Shown: positions 1-13,084, counted from the first letter of the whole stretch. The stretch is 63,332 nucleotides of DNA, filler included, from 4 parts of 4 records of this genome joined end to end with filler, not necessarily neighbours in it; one strand, 5' to 3'. Program-made: numbers and translations. The notes: a model not told the origin generated them from the letters alone.

Positions 1-140
1 ACCAGCACCAGCACCAGCACCAGCACCAGCTCCGGCACCAGCTCCGGCACCAGCTCCGGCATTACCAGCCCCAGCCCCAGCAGCTCCGGCAGCCCCAGCA
101 GCTCCGGCAGCTCCGGCACCGGCAGCACCAGCACCGGCGT
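1..140. repeat. GCACCA/GCTCCG-type hexamer-based coding repeat
   Basis: accagcaccagcacc... tandem array encoding Gly-Ala on the minus strand. Confidence 0.9.
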
Positions 141-576
141 CACTAGCAGAAGCCTCACTCCCTCCCTGAACTGCCTGCATTTTCTTCTTCTCAGGTGACG
201 TGCGAGCAGACTCATCAGTCTTCTGCTGGGTTTCAGACTTCTCAGCCTCCTTGCTATTCTGGGCAACAGCTTGTGGAGGAGGAGCATTGCCTCCTCCAGC
301 AGGAGCTGCTGGCTTTCCATCAGCCGCAACTTCCGGCTCAATCGGTTTCATATCGGCGGCTTTAGTAGCGGACGCCGTAACAGTTCCCCCGTTTAGATGA
401 CAAAATGCAAGGCACAGTGGCTTGTGATCTTCTGACCAGCTATCACATGCCTTACAGTCGGCTTCTGTAAACTGAATCTCTCCAGGAGCACCTAAAGCGA
501 TCTTTCGCAGAGAAGCAGAGTGGGCTGTTGATATGACAATGGCCAAAGCCACCGCCGTCACCAGCACACGCAACAT
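1..576 (-). CDS. Secreted protein with Cys motif and C-terminal (Gly-Ala)n repeat, 3'-truncated at the window edge
   Basis: Manual translation from ATG at 576 is open to base 1: MLRVLVTAVALAIVISTAHSA (signal peptide-like), CKAC...CLAFC, Ala/Pro/Glu linker, then AGAGAAGAGAAG...GAGAGAGAG. Absent from the ORF track because there is no stop. Confidence 0.8.
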   Translation of the reverse strand, partial: MLRVLVTAVALAIVISTAHSASLRKIALGAPGEIQFTEADCKACDSWSEDHKPLCLAFCHLNGGTVTASATKAADMKPIEPEVAADGKPAAPAGGGNAPPPQAVAQNSKEAEKSETQQKTDESARTSPEKKKMQAVQGGSEASASDAGAGAAGAGAAGAAGAAGAAGAGAGNAGAGAGAGAGAGAGAGAGAG

Positions 577-819
577 ACTCTTGTAGCACTACCACGAGAG
601 AAACAGTGACAAGTACCAACTTTATAACTTATCTGCTTGGGCTGCATCGGTAGCTGCACCAGTCTGCAAGAGGAACGGTGCAGAGTTTGATGAGCCAGTG
701 GCTACTGCTGACCTGCTGGCCGAGTGCGGAGCTATACCAACAAAACAACTGAGAACACTGGTATCCGGAGCCGTGGCCGCAGCGGAGCAAAGGCCATGCC
801 GTAAAGCTCCACCAACTCC

Positions 820-990
820 GCCCGGCGCCAAGAGCCGTGTTGACCTGGGCGTCGCGGGCAAAAGCCCGGCTGGCTAGCCGGCGGCCGGGGGCTCCCGGGG
901 GCGGCCCGGGCGCCCAGCCTAGTGTGGCGGACGGTCGTTGAGTGTCAGGGCAAGCATGCGATGATCACGATCGGCGCCGCCCCGGGGCAG
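820..990. promoter_or_regulatory. GC-rich promoter island
   Basis: Abrupt CCGG/GGCC-rich block upstream of the 576 start codon. Confidence 0.5.
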
Positions 991-1235
991 TAGTAACTTT
1001 CAGAGTGCGTAAGGGCGCATTGAGTCACCCTCGACATAAAATTAGTACAATTCTTGAGGGGGGGCAGAAACAAGAATTTATTTTTAGGAACTTTGTGCAA
1101 GGGGGGATCCTATTCGGAGGATTTGCCAGGTTAACGATTCACGCCGTTTTGCTGGGGGTTGTTAACAGGGTTCAACAGGTGGAGGCCGGCCTCGGCATCT
1201 ATAGTTTGACGCGACCATGAATTCATGCAAGTGTC

Positions 1236-3720
1236 TCAAACTGAACGACAAGCCGATATCAAGTTTTCATCTCCTTCGACAAGAATTCTAAAAATATCTT
1301 TCCAGAACGATGGATACTCTTCCATTGCCCGCCTTGTATCAGGAGAAAAGTTCACTTCAAGAACTGTTCCGAAATAAGAATCTATCCAAAAGCATCATAA
1401 AAAAGAAATTGACTGACCATAAACGTCCATAGAATCGGAAAGCATGATATCTAAACCAAGGATCATTCGTGACGAATCCCTCTGGAGAAACCCTTGCGGA
1501 TACTTATGTTTCTGTGAAATCATCCGATCAACACAGTGTCACTTTGTGACTGGTAAGTCATCATAAAAAGCTCGATACCTCCGCGCATAGAAACATCTCT
1601 CGAGCTATGGAAAGCACTCGGTTCAGGACATCCTTCCATCGAAAGTCTGATCTGCTTTGCTCCAAGTCCGATATGATCGCTTCAACTGTACATCCTTCGG
1701 TACTAGACGCACTACTTCCATTTCGGGAATAGGCATACTGCATCACCTTGCATAAAAGAGTCATGACATGTGCAGACGCAGGGCAGACCATTGAAGTAAT
1801 ACCGTTGTGTGCGTCTCCATATCTGTGAACGAATCTGCATCCATCTTGTACTCGTTATTTGCGACCCGTGCAATAACAAGAGGATGAACGTGAACCTCAA
1901 GAGGATCAATCGATTTAAGTAACAAGAAAAACCTGAGGTCAAACTTTCTCCGTTGATACAACAGAGGTCTCTCAATATCTGAGCAAGATAACATCAGTAG
2001 GCATATTACAAAGTAGGTGCAGAGGACTTGATAATAGCGTACATTTTTGAACAATACATGCAACGGTTTCAACTAGCCGAAGAATTACCAATGCATCAGA
2101 TGTAACAACGATTCCTTTCGATCGCGCAAGATTAGCGGGCTTGACAATCCAAACTTCTTTTGACTTCCTCAATCTCTCAACCAACGATCTCAAGCCATGA
2201 CAACTTGTAGTATCATATGTTTCCATCAGCCATGACACTTTCCTCCCAAGGGTATCATAAACTGTTCTGGTGAGGGCATCTTTTGTTGTGATGCACTGGT
2301 GACCAGGAAACTGGCCTACAATGGTGTCAGGTTGTAGTAATTCCCATCCTCTCAGGTTTGTGATCGGCCACACAACGTCCGCGTCTTCAATGGTGTTGCA
2401 GGGAATATATCCATCCATGTCAGCCAGAGCACTCAAAAGGGTTGATGAGTCTGAATACACTTTCAATGTCTTCAATGGCTCGACTCCATCATCTCGACTG
2501 ATTTTCTTGGGAGCCCCTGGCGCCTTATAGTGAATTCCCTCGCATCGTTCTAGCAGAGATAACCGTCGAGAATCGGCCACATCGCCACTCAATGACTCAG
2601 CCACATGTTCAAGCTAAAGCACCAGTAAACATGTGCCCGAATACCACATCAGGTTGCTCATACTATAATGTCTGAGTTAAAATGGAGAGTTCTTGATTGC
2701 GCCAGCATCGCGCTTCGCATCACCTTGGCTACACGAGCATCAGGGCACACTCCTGTAAAAAGGTAGGATCAGTCTCACACCCTTCAAACAAATCAACCAA
2801 TTCAAAATAAAGAATTGCTTCGTTACGCACCAGGAATGTGAGATACTCTACCATCATCAATATTGCGAATAATAGGTTCACCAACACGAACATCTCTACA
2901 CGGCCAAGCTAGCGTAAATGAACGGCAGGGATCATCACTGAGTCCGTGGTTAGACATAAACCAATACTTCATATTGTCATGGCGTACCTCAAATACAAGG
3001 GCTTGAAAACGAAGTTCGGTTCATCACTCCGCTGACAAAAAAGCCCCACGCTATTAAGAAGGTACCAATACATGTGATGATTCCATGTATAAATCGGCAT
3101 GGCCCATCTCCAAAACTGTGCCTTGGCCTCCTGTTGGTTCCCCCTGCACCCGTGGATACCATTAGCACCTGTTCATCTCTGATAACTGAACATAGATAGT
3201 CTACAGCAGACATACCAGTTTAACTTATCAAAAAAGGAGGAGTCGGGACATGCCTTTGAAACATACGGGAACAGATGCTCACAACTCAGAGCGGACATGG
3301 TTCCTGCCGTCCAGACTTTGAGAGTCGTCAAAACGTCGTGATAAACTCAAGCGGAAGAAAGATTGTGCCACCCATAGCCTTACCGTGTGGTACCAAGAAA
3401 ATATCGGAATTTGCGGCAAGAACCTCACTTCCATCAGCCTCGCCACATGAACGCAAAACAACAATAGGTTCGCTGAAGTCACCATTGGTTCCATACGAAC
3501 AAAGTACTCTGTTAATATCAAACCGGCCTCGTTTGACCTTATCGTATAGTTTCCGATACAGACACTGGGGTACTTCGGCAGCCTTTAAACGGGGAAGATG
3601 AGCCTTTAGAAAGTCTCCATACTTCCACTGAGCGACAGTCTCTAGCGACGAGCTTCCGTAAACAAGAGACGTTTCGCAAAAACTTGTCGCATACACAGCG
3701 TCACTTTCTGTGTCCATCAT
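1236..3720 (-). CDS. TTLL12: Tubulin-tyrosine ligase-like protein 12 (multi-exon)
   Basis: Exon peptides WIVKPANLARS, RKFDLRFFLLLKSIDPLEV, VLEVNFSPD...YPSFWKDIF, and N-terminal HLPRLKAAEVP...KLYDKV match TTLL12 motifs; stop TGA at 1236-1238. Confidence 0.85.
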
Positions 3721-4230
3721 TCGCCGGCCGGGGCCGGCCCCGACTCCAAAAGGCAGGTTCTCAGCACTGTGTGCGGGCTGTGCGGGCACTCCCCGGTCTC
3801 GGGACCCGCGGCGGCCTCAGTCAACCCGAGTTTTGACCGGAATATGTAATCGGCTCTTTAAGTCTCCATAACTTGGGAGCCAGTCCGGCTTAGGCCGTCA
3901 CCCCCCGCTTGACAAGGCGGGACGGCGGCGGGACTCCGACACGGCACCGGGGCACCGTTGCCATGAGGCCACTGGCGGGTACCGGCCGGCGGCCCGCCGC
4001 CGTGTGAGCCCGTCGGCCGGCCGTATCAGTAGCAGGGTGTATTGAACAAGTTTATTGGATAGAAACGACCCCGGCATCTGCAGCGGGCCGGGCGGCCGGG
4101 CGTGGCGCCGCCACCAGTTCCGGGCCGGCGCCGGGTTTGAGGCGGACAACAGGCCTGGCCGAAGTCCGCCGCCCGCAAGGCGGCTCAACTGCCGGAGTTG
4201 GATCGACGGCTCGTGCAAGCGCAACGCCGA
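3720..4230. promoter_or_regulatory. GC-rich bidirectional promoter island
   Basis: GC block between the divergent TTLL12 and 4686 genes. Confidence 0.5.
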
Positions 4231-4685
4231 GTATGGTTTATTTTTGGAACGAATTATGATGACTCGGACCCACCACTGATCAAAATACTCCGGAAACACA
4301 ATAAGAACGCAAATGAAAGCTCACTAGCTAGGTGACAATCCTGGCGGAATGTTCTTGTCTGTTAGCCATTCTTGTCATGCCATGAACACTCCCGCCCCAC
4401 GCAGCCTCAGGCTCTTTCAGCTCAACAGGTGCCACCAAACTTCGAAAGCAGAATACCGCAGCTAGGACCACCTGGAGGCCGGCTCAGATCATCACCGAGG
4501 AGCAAAGAGAATTGTTGCGCACTTATATATCTTAATGTGACGAATGATGTCTCCGAGCAATTGGACCGGTCCAGAAGTCCTTTATTTCACACCAAGAAAT
4601 CAACCCTGTAGAACGCCGCACCAGACGAAATCAAGCTGCTTATAGACCCCTCTGTAATCACAACAACAGCCCGTAAACATCACAG

Positions 4686-5807
4686 ATGGCTAGGAAACGA
4701 AAGGATACTCGAGATCGCAGGTGCAGGCAAAAGTTCAATCAAAAGGCGCGTCAAGAAGTATTGGAGTTCGCCCGACGAATCAATGAAGACGGCACTCTTC
4801 CACCTGTTACTGAAGACACAGCACTCCATATCTACATTACTGTTCTACAACGGAAACGAGAGCTTGATGAAAACATGAACAGAGCTCGAGAAGACGAACC
4901 ACAGGAACATGTTTCGCACTATCGAAAGTATGCCCGAACAAACTTTCGCTCTCTAGAAGCCTGTATGGACACAATTTATCGCCATATATGTGGACTAGAG
5001 GTCAATGTTGATGATGCAGTGGTAGAGGTAAAGAGATTTATGGCTTGGTACAAGAACAGCGAGAGGCTCTCAGTTAAGGATGTTTACAAGGATATTCAGC
5101 TTTTGTTTCAAAGAAGGGAGTACAAGCAAGTATTTCCAGAGCAAAAACTTGAAAGCCTTCTGGAAGAACACACCAACATCGAGTCTCCGCAAACAAACGT
5201 GCCTTCTTGTGAAATGGCCTGTCACCAATTGCAGCCCGATCTATATATTGAGGGTGAAGCTACTGGTTCCACGACCGAGTCTGACTACGAGGGTGTCCCT
5301 ACTCAAGATTTTATTTCCCAAGATGGTTATGATGAGTGTTCAGGACGTCTGCTAGAGCACACACCAGTAGAGAAAACTAAATTTTCAAGTCATGGCTACC
5401 CACAAGAAGTTGAAGATGGTCATGAACACGGGAACGAGGATTTCCGCTTACCAATATCTCAGGGTACCCCCGAAGGTTTTCTGCCTCATTCGCCCGAGCA
5501 TAACGGTAGCGTTCGCCATATATGGGAAAATATCGGGCTATCACCCGATATGCCCGATAGCATAAAGTCTGATGATGCGTTTTTGGAAGACTTCGAGCAG
5601 TTCCACGCAATGTGTGAAGAAAATACTTCTGGTGTCGACCCGACTGATGATGATTTGGATGGATACGAGATGGTTGCTCATGCGGCAGTTCCTGATGACT
5701 TGACGAACCTTGCTTGTACCTTAAAAGAAGCCTACAAATTCGTACTGGAAAAGCTGGGGAACGGGTTTGGACCTGCTACAATTGCACTTCAAGTGCAATG
5801 CAAGTGA
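4686..5807 (+). CDS. Hypothetical protein, basic N-terminus and acidic C-terminal half
   Basis: 373-aa uninterrupted ORF with NLS-like RKRK; no family recognised. Confidence 0.6.
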   Translation: MARKRKDTRDRRCRQKFNQKARQEVLEFARRINEDGTLPPVTEDTALHIYITVLQRKRELDENMNRAREDEPQEHVSHYRKYARTNFRSLEACMDTIYRHICGLEVNVDDAVVEVKRFMAWYKNSERLSVKDVYKDIQLLFQRREYKQVFPEQKLESLLEEHTNIESPQTNVPSCEMACHQLQPDLYIEGEATGSTTESDYEGVPTQDFISQDGYDECSGRLLEHTPVEKTKFSSHGYPQEVEDGHEHGNEDFRLPISQGTPEGFLPHSPEHNGSVRHIWENIGLSPDMPDSIKSDDAFLEDFEQFHAMCEENTSGVDPTDDDLDGYEMVAHAAVPDDLTNLACTLKEAYKFVLEKLGNGFGPATIALQVQCK

Positions 5808-6129
5808 CAGTGAGTGAAGCCTCAATAAATAGAAGTGTCACATGAGCACACAGAGGGTACCTTGTTTCTGTTCCTATTCTAGATTCGGTCCTGTGAATGG
5901 ATACCGGGGCGCCAATTCCTCTCCTCGGTGGCTGGATGATTCGCTTTTCGCTTGCTCCAAGTTTCAACGTCTGTTGTACAGATGGGTCAGCAGTTGCACC
6001 AAGTTTCAATCATCAAACAGCTACCATGGGCCAGGTGTTACACTGGCAATGCCTGTGTTGAAATTACCACAATATCGGAATTCTAGTATCCATTTCCTGT
6101 AGCATGGGTCCTTCCTGGCTGCAACTGAC

Positions 6130-6400
6130 GGTGGCACCGGGCTGAGCAGGCCAAACTCCATGGCATTCCGGCCAGGCCTGACGGCTCCGACTGATGAGCG
6201 GCCGGCGGCGCTGGGCCGGCCCCGGCCAGCCGCCCGGGCGGGCCGGGGGCGTCCCGTCCGCCGGCGAGGGCCGAGCCCCGCCCGCGGGGCCCGGCGGCCG
6301 GTCGGTTCGCCTGTGCCGGTCGCCACGCCGTGGGAGTCGGCCGGGTGGCTCGGGCTCCGGCAAGCCCGGAGCCCTACCGCGTGTTGGCTGCCGCTCGGTG
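6130..6400. promoter_or_regulatory. GC-rich promoter island
   Basis: GC block directly upstream of the small two-exon gene at 6468. Confidence 0.5.
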
Positions 6401-6467
6401 ATGACGGTAAGTTTCAATATATCTCCTCTCGTGGCGCCTTCATTTGTCGTTTCAGTCTGTCATTGTC

Positions 6468-6723
6468 ATGTCTTTGACAAGCGCACTACGTCGGAGAAAT
6501 GTGGTCCTCGGTGTGTCCTTGGGTTGTTTCATCATTGGTGTGCAGAGCTACACCATTTATGTATGTTCAGTGTTGTTGACGTTTATGGTTCACTGATGGT
6601 TAATTTGAAAAGGCCATGGCTAGTTCAACCGGGCAGCTTGAGAAGGAGTTGGAGAAAGAAGTGACGCAGGAAATGAAAGAAGCGGCAGTGTTGGAGCCAA
6701 AGAAGTTGGATAAGGACTACTGA
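6468..6723 (+). CDS. COA3/CCDC56-like cytochrome c oxidase assembly factor (exons 6468-6560, 6613-6723)
   Basis: Spliced product MSLTSALRRRNVVLGVSLGCFIIGVQSYTIYAMASSTGQLEKELEKE...; 52-nt GT-AG intron; R-x-R-N, TM, YT and acidic tail pattern like COA3. Confidence 0.6.
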
Positions 6724-6816
6724 GGTTGTAGTGTTCCCAGTTGAAGCGAGCGCTTCTTTGCTCCGCTTTTGCCCCACAGAGTAGAATCAATTCCACAGCT
6801 TTATTTGTGGTAAACA

Positions 6817-9117
6817 CTATTTCTTCGGCGCCCCGCTCTTTTTCGCCATGTTCTTTTCGATACGACCCACAATTTGGTCCTGTTGTTCCTTTGCGGCACC
6901 ACCTGACATGATCAGATAAGGTGCACCGGCAATTTCCTGGCTCCTGTGAATTGCGTCCATTTGCTGTGCACAACGTCAGTGAAACACAATGTCCTATTTT
7001 AGGAAGACTTACTGTCAAAGGATCGTTTTGAGCCTTTCGTTGGGCTTCCAAAGCCTCCTTTTTCATTCGTTTCTCTTGCTTGTTCTTGCTAGGTGCCTTA
7101 TTATGGAACTTCCACGAAAGCTGGCGGTAAGCCTCCTTCTGAGTCAAAGGCCGACCCTGGCTATCGACGTATTCAAGGCGAACGCCGCGATCGTTAATAC
7201 TATCCATATCCAACCTCTCGTCCTTGGTTCTTCCGACCCAGCTTCTCTCCACATCAGTGGTGAGCCCTTTTTGCTTCACCATGTCTAGCACTGCTGCCAA
7301 TCCCTTGTTTGCCATTGCTTTCTCTGCCATACCCCCGAGATCATCATCACTGTCGTCTTCGCTAGCATTGCCGTTCCTGCCATCATCCACGTTCATGTAG
7401 TCAGGTCTTTCGGCATTATTGTCATCATGATTCTGCCCAGTTGAAGATACTGGTTTCCCCAGGGCATCACGAGAGGGCAGTTTCTCCTGAGCGTGCTCAG
7501 CATCAACACCCCTCACAAACTCTGTAGTTTCTGTAAACAGTAGGCTACGTGCAACGTGTCAGACTTAATATGAAGTATTACAAACATGTGATACGTACCC
7601 TTTGCCCTCTTCCTGCTGTCCACGTTCCATTTCCTTTTTGTTTGTCGCCTCGATCATAGCCATAATATTCTTGGGAGTTCTCTTCTGCTGAGCAAGCCGG
7701 CGATTACGAGCCAATGCCGCTGCAAGTTCAGCGTCATCATCTTCCTCTTCACTGTCCTCCTTTGCCAAGGCTGTCTCCTTCAACTCATGCAACTTTGCAT
7801 TCTTCTCATGTGCTTTCTCCACTGCCTTGTCATAGCCTTTCCGACGTTCAGCTCCCGCATCCTATTGGAGAAACATTAGCAACTTCGCATCAATACAACA
7901 AGAGTGGAGTACCTTCATCTCTCGATCACGTCGAGAGCCATGGTCAGCTCCATCTTCCTCTGGTTCCAGATGTGCAAGCTCATCAACCACTTTCTTCTTC
8001 CTCGTTTTCTTCACGACCTTCCTCTTTTTCTTCTTGAAGCCAACCATCTCCTCTGCTGTGTAGTACTCCTGAATTTCTTTCTTGGCACTTCCGTCCAAGG
8101 AATAAGCAACTTTGCCTGCAGCCTTCACCTCTGCAGCCTTTCTCAACTTCTCTCTTACTGCCTCAGCGCGTTCCTTGCGCCTTAGATCCACGCCATCCTC
8201 ATCCAACTCCATTTTTTCTTCCTCATCCTCTGAGTCATACTTGGACAAAACTCCTATAAATAGAATTTCAATACACTTCTCAGTTCAACGCGGCAGCACA
8301 AAGCACCTTTCTTATCATCATCGTATGGATTGTACATGGGCTTCTTTGCGTCACGACGGACCTTATTGTTCCTGTCCCACTTTGCATTCTAGTTCCGAAG
8401 TCAGCCCACACTTCCTTTCAAATGCACAACACCATCTCCTACCTCCGCCAAATTCACGTTCTCTAACTCGTCAGCGTCTTCCATCACGTTACCATCGTCC
8501 CTAAAGCAATGTTAGAAGAGCAAAACAGGCTAACTTAGTTCACATACCCGACAATATTCCTATCTGCAAGCGTCAAGATCATCTCTTCTCCCTCCTGAAA
8601 CTGGTCGGCGTTGTGCCTCAAAAGAAGACCCTTCGTATTCGGTTTACCTAAGTGCAACTTAGTACGCCAAAAAAATAACACCACAATACGAAAGCCCCGT
8701 ACCCGCTTTTTCCGCTGCTGCTTCTTCTTCCTGAGCACGCCGTGCTTTCTCGAGGGCCTCTTGTTCACTGCGGATTTTCCGTTCATGTTCGAGCTTACGT
8801 GACTTATTCACCCAAGCAAGAATGTCGTCATCATCTTCCTGAGCAGCCTCTTCTGCAATAGAGGGCCCCTGCAGTTTTTCGTTCAATTTCCTTTTATGCT
8901 TGGCCTTCTCAATTTTGTTCCTGAGGTCAGCCGCCTCGGCATTTTTTCTAGCAGCCAATAGCTCATCCTCTTTCTGTTTCTTTTTGGCAGCAGCTTCTCC
9001 CGCGCTCTCCACCTTAAGGGGCTTGAGCCCTAGCTGCTCACGAATTCTGTTCGTCTCCTCAACAGAGCACGAAATTTCGTCACCACTCTGAGTTACTTGG
9101 GCAGCAGGAATACTCAT
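6817..9117 (-). CDS. SART1: U4/U6.U5 tri-snRNP protein SART1/Snu66 (multi-exon)
   Basis: HIND motif SCSVEETNRIREQLGLKPL; GEEMILTLADRNI; C-terminal LEYVDSQGRPLTQKEAYRQLSWKFH. Confidence 0.92.
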
Positions 9118-9349
9118 GATCTCTATCAAAACAAGCCAGAAGAAACCTACCTATTCATTTATACGGACAACAAGTATCCCCTTCGCAGTGTCGGGTGCCT
9201 TGCCGACAAACGGAAGCTGCGGTCGCAGAAGTTGACCACATCCCGCTGGCATGCCTCGGCTGCTCAGGTCAGACACCTCAGTGATAGGGCTTAGCAACGT
9301 TGCAACCAAGGGCGCTCATAACTTGAAGCCCCTTCCGCCTACTTCCAAA

Positions 9350-9800
9350 CTCCGACTCGGACACGGCGCCCCAGTTGCGAGTGGCCGACAAGCCGGGTCG
9401 CAAGCGCAAGGGGCCGTTGTCCTACTACGGCCGTCCACGACTGAGGGCACCGACTGACCGGCCGACGGTGGCGGCGCCCCCTTCCTCACCTGCATGATCG
9501 GGTCCGTCGGATTGGACCAGTGCACCAAGGTCGAACCAATTCTATTATTGTCTATGGAGTCGGATATTGGAGTTACCACACGAAGCCGTTAGTCTTTGCC
9601 TTCACCTACGCCTGCCAGCAGCCGGGACCCACATACTAGTAGTCCCGGGGCGCCGCCCTCGCGCCCGGCGGGGGGCCCCGGCGAACCTGGTGGGCGGCGG
9701 CGTCCGCGCCCTGGGGCCGGCCCCGTCCGCGGCACCGCCGGGGCATGCCCGGCCCCGCGTCCTGATCGCGGCGCCCAGGGTCCCGCTTGGTGACTGATGA
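9350..9800. promoter_or_regulatory. GC-rich bidirectional promoter island
   Basis: GC block between the divergent SART1 and ~10035 genes. Confidence 0.5.
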
Positions 9801-10034
9801 GCGGCCCATTGGTCGTGGGCGTTCGAAGCTCTACAGACTAAACCGAAGTGATACGCTAAGTGTGCCGGGGTTTTGTCGGCAGTTAGTTCAGGCACCTAGG
9901 AGGTGTCCCTTGCCCTGAAAAGACGACGTACAGGTTTGTCGGAGTCGGCTTTTGTTTCTGGCTGCAAAGATATTGATACGTGCTGGAATAACATAGCTAC
10001 GACAGCGAGCAACTCGATAAATTCAATTTCCAGC

Positions 10035-10722
10035 ATGATACCTGTAAGTGCGTTTCTCTGTGGAAAACATGATATTTTAACCTATCGTCTGTAGTTCACG
10101 TCGTTGGTCATGGGGTGGTTAAGTCACCTTTTTACCTCCTCGATATTTGACGCAGCTGTGATGTGGCTGTTCTCAAACCACGTTTCTGTTGAAGAGGAAA
10201 AGAAGAATGGTGAGGTGGCCGTGCTAGTTTGATTCCTGATCTTATTTCTCTAAAGATCCCGAGATATCACTTTCCGAAAGTGAAGGCGATGATACAGTTA
10301 ATCAGGGTGACAGTGGTGATCGAAATGGTGATGATGATGATATTGACATGAACAAGACTTCTGAGACGAGCTCCCTACTGGTCGACTTTGAAAAGTATGG
10401 CAGGAATGCTTGTTATTGGCAGGAATGCTTGTTTTCTAGGATTCATGCTCATTTCTTTGGCAGAGGAGTCCCACAGACTAAGAAGAGAATTCGCAAAAGA
10501 ATTTCGTTCGTTCCGGCACTCTTGCTAATGATAACCGGGCATTGGGTTGGCGGGTTTCTTGGTGGATGGATATCTGCAACAATTACGCATACACACATGA
10601 ACATACCGCAAAGTACCGTACTCAACTATGTGCTCATTTTGGGGATCATGGTTACTGTATATTTCATCATTCAGTCTTTGGGTGAGAAAACTTATAATGG
10701 GATTGTTCCTATGGTTACATGA
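10035..10722 (+). CDS. Small multi-exon membrane protein (start uncertain)
   Basis: GT-AG introns at ~10044, ~10210 and ~10396; last exon has two hydrophobic helices. Confidence 0.45.
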
Positions 10723-11104
10723 ACTTAAGCTGTTGAACAGACCACCGAAACAGTCGCTTCACCCCATCTTGGTACAAGGCCGTAGGTATGATCAAATCAC
10801 CCTTGAAGCAACTATTCTGCTTCAAATTAATACTATTCTAACAATCTCGCAGTTATTGTCACTCTCCCTGTTATGGTGTTTAATGGTGGACGAACAGTGT
10901 GTACTGAGGGAGATCCATGGAGCCATTGGTACTAGCAAGAAAGCCTGAAGTCGTAACCCGCACAAGATAGGCAGTGATCATCTCTGCGAAAGCTATTTGG
11001 AGAAATAGTGCTATGGCACAAGGGTCAACCTATGATCCCATATGATCCCAGAGTGCCCAATACAAAAAGGACACCTCACACAGCGACAGGGATATATCAC
11101 AGAT

Positions 11105-12248
11105 TTATCGGCGTTTCTGACGTGCAGACTTTCCCGGCCTCTTCGGACCACCCTTCTTCGAATCATTGAGCTTCACCCCCTTGTGCAAGGACCGATTCTT
11201 CCCCAGACTGAAACCCTTCACATCGGAAGAGCTGGAGGAGGCATTGGTCACTACGTCTACCAGGAATCATCACGTGCTTACCTTTTCTTATCATTACTCT
11301 TCGCGTATCGCTTGGCACCACCAAACCCGAACTTCTTATTTTTGGCCTCACGCTTCTTATTGACGCGTGGCTTCTTGGCTTCACTTCTGAGAGTGGTATC
11401 AGTACACATGATAGAACGTATTCGGGGTAATCATACCCGTCATTGTCCGCACGCTTCCTCTTCCCTCCCGCACCAGGACTGCCGCCAAGGTCTAGCGGCA
11501 CATCATCACCATCGTCCAAAACCCCACCCTTGCGGCCTTTTTGCCACTTCTTGATCGCATCAAGCTGTTCCCTTTTCTTCTTCGCCTTCTCTTGGATTCT
11601 TTCGCTTTGAATCTGAACTTGCCTTAGAACATGTCCCGTCTATTATTGCTTCACATTACAATACCTGTTTAGCGAATTTCTTCAAGTTCCTCTGCTTCTT
11701 CCTATCATCTTCTCCCTCGAACTTCTTTTGTGTTGCGATTAGTCGCGACTTCACCTTCTCCATGTGCTTATCGGACTTCAACATCTCAGCATAATAGTCT
11801 GTTGGGCGCTTGAAAGGCACCTTCAAGGCATCTAAGCGTTTCTTTCCCTCCTTCACGGCCAAAAGGGTATTCTCATAGCTGCACAGTAGTCAGTATCAAT
11901 TCAAAATTATATTCAGATTGCTACGCACAAAGCCAGCTCTCTCTTCAGGTCATCTTGTACCAACTCTTCGTCAACAGCACTCCCAACAGTAACGCTCATT
12001 TGTTCAATCCACGGTACTTTGACAGCAAACTCTTTCAACTTTTCCTCCATAGCCTCAGTATTGTATATTACCGGACGAGACTCTATTCCCGGCTTACTAC
12101 CGGCCAAAGCTGCCAACTCAAGAGCCAGCTCTTCCTCTTCCTCCTCCTCCTGCTCAGAGTCCTACTCGACGGTCAATACACTAATAGTATATCTGCAACT
12201 GATACCAACCTCCGAAACCTCGGGATCTGTAACTTTATTACTTGCCAT
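11105..12248 (-). CDS. EBP2: rRNA-processing protein EBP2 (multi-exon)
   Basis: DDLKRELA, VPFKRPTDYYAEMLKSDKHMEKVK, KFGFGG, C-terminal KRPGKSARQKRR. Confidence 0.92.
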
Positions 12249-12579
12249 GGGTGCGCAAGTATACGTTTTAGGTCAAGATAGGTGCGTGGTACTGATATCT
12301 ATATCAGTCCCTGGCAGGCGGCGCGGCCTCGGTCGACACCGCAAAGGGTCGACTCTAACGTGAGCCAATCACCAGTAATGTGCTCAGGAGTGGGGCCTAG
12401 AAAAGTAATGGCCCGACCGAAAATGTTTGTAGGACCTCCTGAGTACGCTATGAGACGATAATACCGGAAACATGGAACACATTAGGCCTATCCTCGGCTT
12501 CGTTGGTATTTGGAGTCAAATCTGACGCCTAACGACTGCAAAAGGCTCTTGCCGAATATGGGGATGCGTCTCATCAGTG

Positions 12580-12860
12580 ACAGTGCCCGCCGGGCCCGGG
12601 CCGGCTGGCCGGCCCGCCGCGGCCGCCCACCGGCCGCCGCCGGGCGGGGGCGCCAAAAAATCGTGCCCGGCCCCGGCGGGCCGGGCGGCCGGCGGGCGGG
12701 GGCGCGCCCGCCCGCCGGCGTCGCGGTGGCCCCTAGGATCGGCGTGCTGGCCGTGGCACTCGCGGCCCTGCCCGGCCACGAACATTTGTGGCAGTGCCGG
12801 CTTTCAAGTTTCAACCGGCCGGGCCATGCAACAAGAAGGCGCCTTGCCGGTGGCAGCGAC
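12580..12860. promoter_or_regulatory. GC-rich bidirectional promoter island
   Basis: GC block between the divergent EBP2 and START genes. Confidence 0.5.
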
Positions 12861-13084
12861 GGACTGACTGCACCCGCTGACCGGACCACTAAGGCTGGCG
12901 GGCTTGGTGAGACTGAGGGGCCTCTCAGTCTGACAGTGGCCCTACATTGTAGTCCCAAGACAGCCAGTAAGGCGGCTTCGGGAGCTTCAACCGCGAGTTC
13001 CTGGCGTTCCAGGAGTCACTTTAGACGAACAGTGGGCTTCAAGTAGAAGTCCTTGCCAGCAAGTCATGTTGTCAGCAGTTTATC

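Noticed and set aside
4236-4252. Sm-site-like ATTTTTGG suggesting an snRNA
   Set aside because: No U1/U2/U4/U5 hallmark sequence or flanking stems were recognisable.
10398-10433. Short tandem duplication TGGCAGGAATGCTTGTT (and TATGATCCCA x2 at 11031-11050)
   Set aside because: Local slippage in an intron or UTR; no further copies.
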